Shown one piece after another: positions 58,301 through 64,000 of a stretch of 64,000 nt of DNA. Under the pieces are notes generated by a model. The model did no database searches. It had not been told where the DNA came from and saw only the letters and a list, made by a program, of their open reading frames with translations. The stretch is from Macrostomum lignano (Eukaryota). A program made the position numbers and the translations under genes. The DNA lies in contig NIVC01000800.1 of assembly GCA_002269645.1 (NCBI GenBank), positions 62,001 to 126,000 of the forward strand. The letters are read 5' to 3'. How positions within the stretch are numbered: the first letter of the stretch is position 1; every line of letters starts with the position of its first letter.

Positions 58301-59576
58301 AGCGCCATGACTCACAATGGCGACATTTCTGACACACTAGCATGCAATTCATCAACAAGTTTGACTGTTTCAGAGAAGAACAAGAAGAGGATGATTGTAG
58401 GCGGCTCCGAGAGCTCCCTGCCGCCTCAGTTTAGAAGTGAGTATCAGCGCCATGACTCACAATGGCGACATTTCTGACACACTTTAGCATGCAATTCATC
58501 AACAAGTTTGACTGTTTCAGAGAAGAACAAGAAGAGGATGATTGTAGGCGGCTCCGAGAGCTCCCTGCCGCCTCAGTTTAGAAGTGAGTATCAGCGCCAT
58601 GACTCACAATGGCGACATTTCTGACACAATAGCATGCAATTCATCAACAAGTTTGACTGTTTCAGAGAAGAACAAGAAGAGGATGATTGTAGGCGGCTCC
58701 GAGAGCTCCCTGCCGCCTCAGTTTAGAAGTGAGTATCAGCGCCATGACTCACAATGGCGACATTTCTGACACACTAGCATGCAATTCATCAACAAGTTTG
58801 ACTGTTTCAGAGAAGAACAAGAAGAGGATGATTGTAGGCGGCTCCGAGAGCTCCCTGCCGCCTCAGTTTAGAAGTGAGTATCAGCGCCATGACTCACAAT
58901 GGCGACATTTCTGACACACTAGCATGCAATTCATCAACAAGTTTGACTGTTTCAGAGAAGAACAAGAAGAGGATGATTGTAGGCGGCTCCGAGAGCTCCC
59001 TACCGCCTCAGTTTAGAAGTGAGTATCAGCGCCATGACTCACAATGGCGACATTTCTGACACACTTTAGCATGCAATTCATCAACAAGTTTGACTGTTTC
59101 AGAGAAGAACAAGAAGAGGATGATTGTAGGCGGCTCCGAGAGCTCCCTACCGCCTCAGTTTAGAAGTGAGTATCAGCGCCATGACTCACAATGGCGACAT
59201 TTCTGACACACTTTAGCATGCAATTCATCAACAAGTTTGACTGTTTCAGAGAAGAACAAGAAGAGGATGATTGTAGGCGGCTCCGAGAGCTCCCTGCCGC
59301 CTCAGTTTAGAAGTGAGTATCAGCGCCATGACTCACAATGGCGACATTTCTGACACACTAGCATGCAATTCATCAACAAGTTTGACTGTTTCAGAGAAGA
59401 ACAAGAAGAGGATGATTGTAGGCGGCTCCGAGAGAAACGAATCTAATAAGAAGAAAAAAGTTCAAGTACACAAGGCCGGCGGAAATGGCGAGAAAAAGTC
59501 CGGCGGGAGAGCTGCCAAAAAGCAGCATCTGAAGGGACCCAGCAAAGGAAAGCCGCAGGGCAAGCATCAGCCTTAA
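55349..59576 (+). CDS. Secreted multi-exon Lys-rich repeat precursor, copy 2 (paralogue of 29162-38624)
   Basis: Exons: 55349-55448 (MPLKGRAAAVSSLLLLVLLLVGTRCQARPVPGS; 100 nt as in copy 1), 55579-55701 (poly-Glu), 55796-55849, ~55912-55955 (needs +1 nt), 23 repeat exons (56039...59312) and a fused terminal exon 59395-59576 ending LKGPSKGKPQGKHQP*. Confidence 0.8.
55978..59432 (+). repeat. 145/147-bp tandem intron-exon array (23 complete exons plus 1 partial) within gene copy 2
   Basis: Same unit as 30108-32165. Confidence 0.93.
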
Positions 59577-61064
59577 GGTAGGTAGGCCCTATGGAATTAC
59601 ATTTATGGTGAGTGTTGAAAATATTTTGAATCTGATTGCAAAGCGAAACTACTAACTGATGAAGTGCCCGGAGAGACAGGTCATAACAAGTGACTAGTTT
59701 ATTTATTAGCATTTTAGAAATACTTCGTGCATGCTGACCCTTTCTACTCTTTTCTTTCAGGTGCCGACGGTTAAAGTCAGAATTTAATTCTGCGAGGCTG
59801 ATGATACGAAACATGACCAGACAAACTATGACAATTATTTTCCTTGATTCGGTAAAAGTGAACAAACGTTTCTTTTTTCTCCCCGATAATTCGCATCCAG
59901 TCGCTTTTTGGAAGCGCGCAGCCTTCAACGTAACTATTATGCGATGGAGGAAGGAAATAAATTAAGCCAGAACTCAATAACGAACCCTTTCGATTCCTAA
60001 AGTGTGGCAGTGGTTATTCAAGCAAATTTCCAAGAAAATATTAATTGTTTGTGCTATTTTATTTCAGGAAACGAAACTAATCGGATTTCTTAATTTACAA
60101 TTTCCAACTCTTGACAAAGCTTTACGCCAAGAGTACATGTATTTCTGAAGGGCTTTTCATGTATATCAGTACTCTGTGTATGTTCTGTTTCAGATTTAGC
60201 GATTTCTGCATTAATGAGATGAAGGATTTTAATGAATTGTTGTTAGTTTGGCTAGCCTTTAACCTGCCTAGCTGTCTGAGGAACCTGTCACAAGCGTACC
60301 GATCGAGGCTATGCGTGTGCTGTTTGTTGTTGTTAAACGGGGTGCTAGCGGGGATCAGCCCAAGTGACGTTGGCTCCACCGCTTGAACAGACAACCTCAA
60401 GATTGAATCCCTTCAGTGGGGATCGGAGCCGTTGAAAGATTTGGAAACTCCTGCAGGATTTGTTGTCCTCACTGCAAAGGCTCATAATTACGAATATTTT
60501 CACGGCTTGGCTCCGCTAATCCAAGCTCAGTGGACCCGCAATCTCGGCCAGACACAAGTGAAATTTAACTATCCATCAGGCAGGGTCGAACGTGAGCGGA
60601 CGACACAAAGAGCGAGATCAATGGCGCCATCCGCGGGCACTTGGTCCAGCTCCCGCAAACAGGTGCATGAGAGCCTTGCCTACACATGTGCTTTACGGCA
60701 ATATATCACATGTACGAGTATTTACATGCATATTATTACATGCAAGGGCAACTATGAGGATATAGTTAACCCACAGACTGCAGCCTGAATTGCCGCACTC
60801 ATCTCGCAAAAGTACACGGGGTGTCTGGAGTTCTGACACTTAAACCCAGAGATAAAAAGGGAGATTTGGTGTCATTTTGAAGCGGCGCATTCTTTATTAT
60901 TATTAGAGGCAGGGGGGTTGTGTGCACCCTGGCGCACTTTAAGCGACATAGGCACACAACCGGCGAGAGGCATTACTGCCCATTCCGCCGACTCCCCTGA
61001 GCAGGCACACAAGCGCGCGGATACGTACGCAGGCACACACTCACACAGGAGTGTACAGCGGCCC

Positions 61065-61249
61065 TAACTTTATTTTTATCGTTAGGCATGTACACTTCAC
61101 TGCGCCTTGGGGGGCTCTCAAGGCCGTTAATTGCACGAGCAGAGCCAAGCCGAGATTCTAATTCAGACCCAAATTAATGCGACTGCACTTGGAATCGAGC
61201 CTGGGTCGCTGGCACACCAGAGCCTGCGCTACCGCTGGGCTACGGCCCC
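61065..61249 (-). mobile_element. Possible tRNA-derived SINE or tRNA pseudogene
   Basis: The minus strand begins GGGGCCGTAGCCCAGCGGTAGCGC...GGCTCGATTCC (A-box and B-box like). No proper anticodon arm or 3' acceptor strand; the body ends near AAAAATAAAG. Confidence 0.45.
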
Positions 61250-61369
61250 CCGCGGCGCATTCTTCCTAGTATATTAAATCTCGCATATTTTGGTCATTTC
61301 ATTTAAAATTTGCTTTATAAAGCATCGCAATGTCACTGATAGTCTAGCGAAATTGACAACCTACATAGA

Positions 61370-62230
61370 AAGTGATGGTTTGCCCCTCATGGATAAACCT
61401 TCTTAACATAGTCGTCACATGTAGCAACTCGCTTCTTCCACCGCTTGAGCATGGATGGCGTCAGTCGCATCGAAATAGCTTTGGCTTGAAAGACCTTGGG
61501 AAAGAATTCATCGGACCTTGTCTTAAAACGGCTCTTCAGCTGCAGAAAAATAAAGAAATCGGCAGGCTCCAGATCCGTTGAGTGTAGATTTTGAAAATCA
61601 TCTACTAATTTGCTTTTTGGTTTGATAGCGGCCTACGTTGGTTCACAGACAGTTTCGATCTAGTGCAGTAAATCATGCCGTTTACCTGATGGGCAAGTTC
61701 ACGTTCATCTCGTAGTCGTATTACATCAAGGTGCAAAATGCGCTGCACAATGACGCATCCATCGGAAACGACACTAGACACATTGGAAATGAAGTTTGTA
61801 AGTTGTTTTTTTTAAGCAAACCCCTCACCGTTTTTGAGCACAATTCTTCGCAAAGCAACCGTTTAAGCTATTTCCGGCTCAGCTGGACCAAGAGTGGCAA
61901 TTCTATTCTCCCATAACTCCTTTTTTCCCAGCCTTCTCCGACTGTAGCTTAGCCAGGGATAGCATTCAATTGCCAGCCAGCAGACCATGCAAAACAATGA
62001 AACCTTCGAGGTCATTCTGTCTGGCAAGCTGCGAGCTACTCCGAGCGACTCTTCGAGGTCATTCTGTCTGGAAAGTAATAACATGCGAGGACATACTGGA
62101 GTTTGAAAAAATTAATTTCTTAACTTTCAGCGTCTACTAAAGGAGCTTAGAATAAGTAAACAAGAGCGTTTGTCTTCTTTCTGCCCCTGCCTCTCGGTCT
62201 GCCAGTCTGTCTTCTGTATGCTTCGCATTG
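61370..62230 (-). mobile_element. Mariner-like transposase remnant, copy B
   Basis: HSTDLEPADFFIFLQLK...LKRWKKRVATCDDYVKK (mariner C-terminus); DNA homologous to 52200-52860. Confidence 0.72.
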
Positions 62231-62980
62231 GAAGGCTCAAGTCATAAAGTGAGGGAGGTCCAATGTCTTGAAGAATACAAAATCGATGCTTTGAGACAAG
62301 AGACGGTGCGCGCACCAGTGGGCTGCACTGCAAGTCTGCAACAAATTGGCTCCTAGAAGCAACACACTATAGCTACGCCCCCCGCATATTTTTATTGCTT
62401 CTTCCGTTCTTCATTCACTCCTGTGAATTCCGAAACTGCAAAATAAAGAGCTGAAGGCAGTCATTTTTTTAGATCTAAACAAATATACGAGTAACGTAAA
62501 GTCTCGACAACAACAGTGCCGTTCGGTTTTGATGAAGCTAAAACAACAAAGTCTATTTTTTATTTAAATTCGTCAACGTATTTTGTTTTACTAATGTTTC
62601 TATCTGAAAGGAGCATATCGCACACTGTAACACAAAGTTTCATAGAATATTCCAAATTCCAAGGACAAAGTTGCTGACAGTTTAAGTGCTACTTCTAAGC
62701 ATTTAGTGAGTAAAAATGAAAACTGTGTTCAAAACTCACGCTAACTAATAAACTAATAAATAAACGAAGTTTCATTTTCTAAACGAATATTGTCCAGACC
62801 TACATATATATAAGCTATGCTTCACTCTAACAGTAGCAAACTAAACTGAACAGGGGTTAGTAGGAACAACGGGACTCGCACACGCGCACAAATGTGCAAT
62901 GAAAGTGCAACTTACAGTACGCGGCTATCAGTTCGCTAGTGAACTTTATCGAACAATCAGTTAATCAAACTCGATGGGGT

Positions 62981-63902
62981 TCAATAAGCCCGAATCTTCG
63001 GCGGCACTGTCGGGCAGTCCTTCTGGTCGAGGGTCTTGTCAATGACCGGCCGGTACTTGAGCGTCACCTTGCCGGTGGCCTCGTCCATGAAGCACAGCGT
63101 GTGCTTGCGCCAGTGCTGCTCGAACGGCCGCTTGGTCTGGCCATCGGTCGGCTTGGTGTAGTCGAACTCGTCGATTCGATCTTTGAAGTCTTCGCGGGCG
63201 TGGGCGCCGCGCGACTCATTGCGGGCCTCGGCAGCGTACACAGTCTGCGTTGAGATGGCGGGAGCGGCTGGGTTTCACGGTTGAGATTAGATTTAATTGC
63301 GGGGGGGGGGCAGGTAAGATTAGAGATAAAAGGTGCGATGATATTTAGGGGTGACATAAGAGTCGAAAGATGAAACCTGGATGCGAAGTCTGAGAAGAGA
63401 TTCTAAGGGAAGGAGAAGGGCTTACCTGTCCAGCATTGAGCATCAGATTCTGCAGCTCCAGCGTCTCAACCAGATCGGAGTTCCAAATCAGGCTGCGGTC
63501 GGTGACCTTCAGATCGGCCATCCGTTTGTAGATCGCGTCGAACTCCTGGCAGCCGCGCTTCAGGGTGGGGCCGTCGCGGAACACGGCGGCGTTGCTCTGC
63601 ATGGCCTTCTGCAGGTCCAGCCGCAGCTGCGCCGTTGGGGTGTCGCCTTTGGCGTTGCGCAGCCGGTCGATGTTGGCTACGGAGGCCTCACCGGAGTCGG
63701 AGCGGAGGGGCGCCTGCTTCTCCCCAGGCCGGTTCTCCTTGGCGATGGTGTGCGCGCAGGCGCGGCCGAACACGACCAGATCCAGCAGAGAGTTGGCGCC
63801 GAGGCGGTTGGCGCCGTGCACCGACACGCAGGCGGCCTCGCCAGCGGCGTACAGGCCGGGGATCACCACGTCGGAGCCTTTCTGGGCATCGTAGGTGATG
63901 GC
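62981..63902 (-). CDS. SDHA: Succinate dehydrogenase flavoprotein subunit, last two coding exons; upstream exons lie outside the window
   Basis: Exon 63902-63426: [34 protein letters not shown]...[13 protein letters not shown]. Exon 63244-62981: [15 protein letters not shown]...HWRKHTL...PPKIRAY*. Both are phase 0 with GT-AG. Confidence 0.97.
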
Positions 63903-63919
63903 CTGCGGGAGGGGGACAG

Positions 63920-64000
63920 GAGACTGGCTATGAATCTAATGAGACTGGCTATCAATCTAATGAGACTGGCTATCAATCTAATGAGACTGGCTATCAATCT
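63920..64000. repeat. Second locus of the 21-bp minisatellite, in an SDHA intron, cut by the window end
   Basis: Same unit as 52940-55082, including the rare CTATGAATCT variant. Confidence 0.93.

Noticed and set aside
60111-60788. Short ORFs at 60.1-60.8 kb, and similar ones at 14.3-16.5 and 50.1-52.1 kb
   Set aside because: No domain motifs or consistent exon chain could be supported.

Overview
Eukaryotic (metazoan) genomic DNA with GC-rich exons and introns filled with micro- and minisatellites. The style and gene families suggest a free-living flatworm such as Macrostomum; this is inference only. Recurrent 1-nt indels in short homopolymers, found in host genes and transposons alike, suggest uncorrected long-read errors. 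Host genes: a ~14-repeat cadherin (+, 817-12625), a WSC+PAN gene with an internal deletion (-), a Delta/Serrate-like C2-DSL-EGF membrane protein (-), a 5-exon tetraspanin (-) and the 3' part of SDHA (-). Transposable elements: a probable solo LTR inside a (TATC)n tract, a decayed APE-RT LINE, mariner remnants, and a nest that can be reconstructed from target-site duplications (DUF3504/Crypton-like remnant > piggyBac > full-length LOA/R1-type LINE plus a 102-bp mariner MITE). The most striking signal is the 145/147-bp 'satellite' at 30.0-32.2 kb and 56.0-59.4 kb. Each unit is an 82-84-nt intron plus a 63-nt phase-1/phase-1 exon encoding KKNKKRMIVGGSESSLPPQFR. The arrays sit inside two paralogous genes (29162-38624 and 55349-59576) for a secreted protein: signal peptide, acidic pro-region, many basic-site-flanked xGGS peptide modules, Lys-rich tail. 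Exon variants are almost all synonymous, so this looks like a functional, concertedly evolving, one-exon-per-peptide precursor family.
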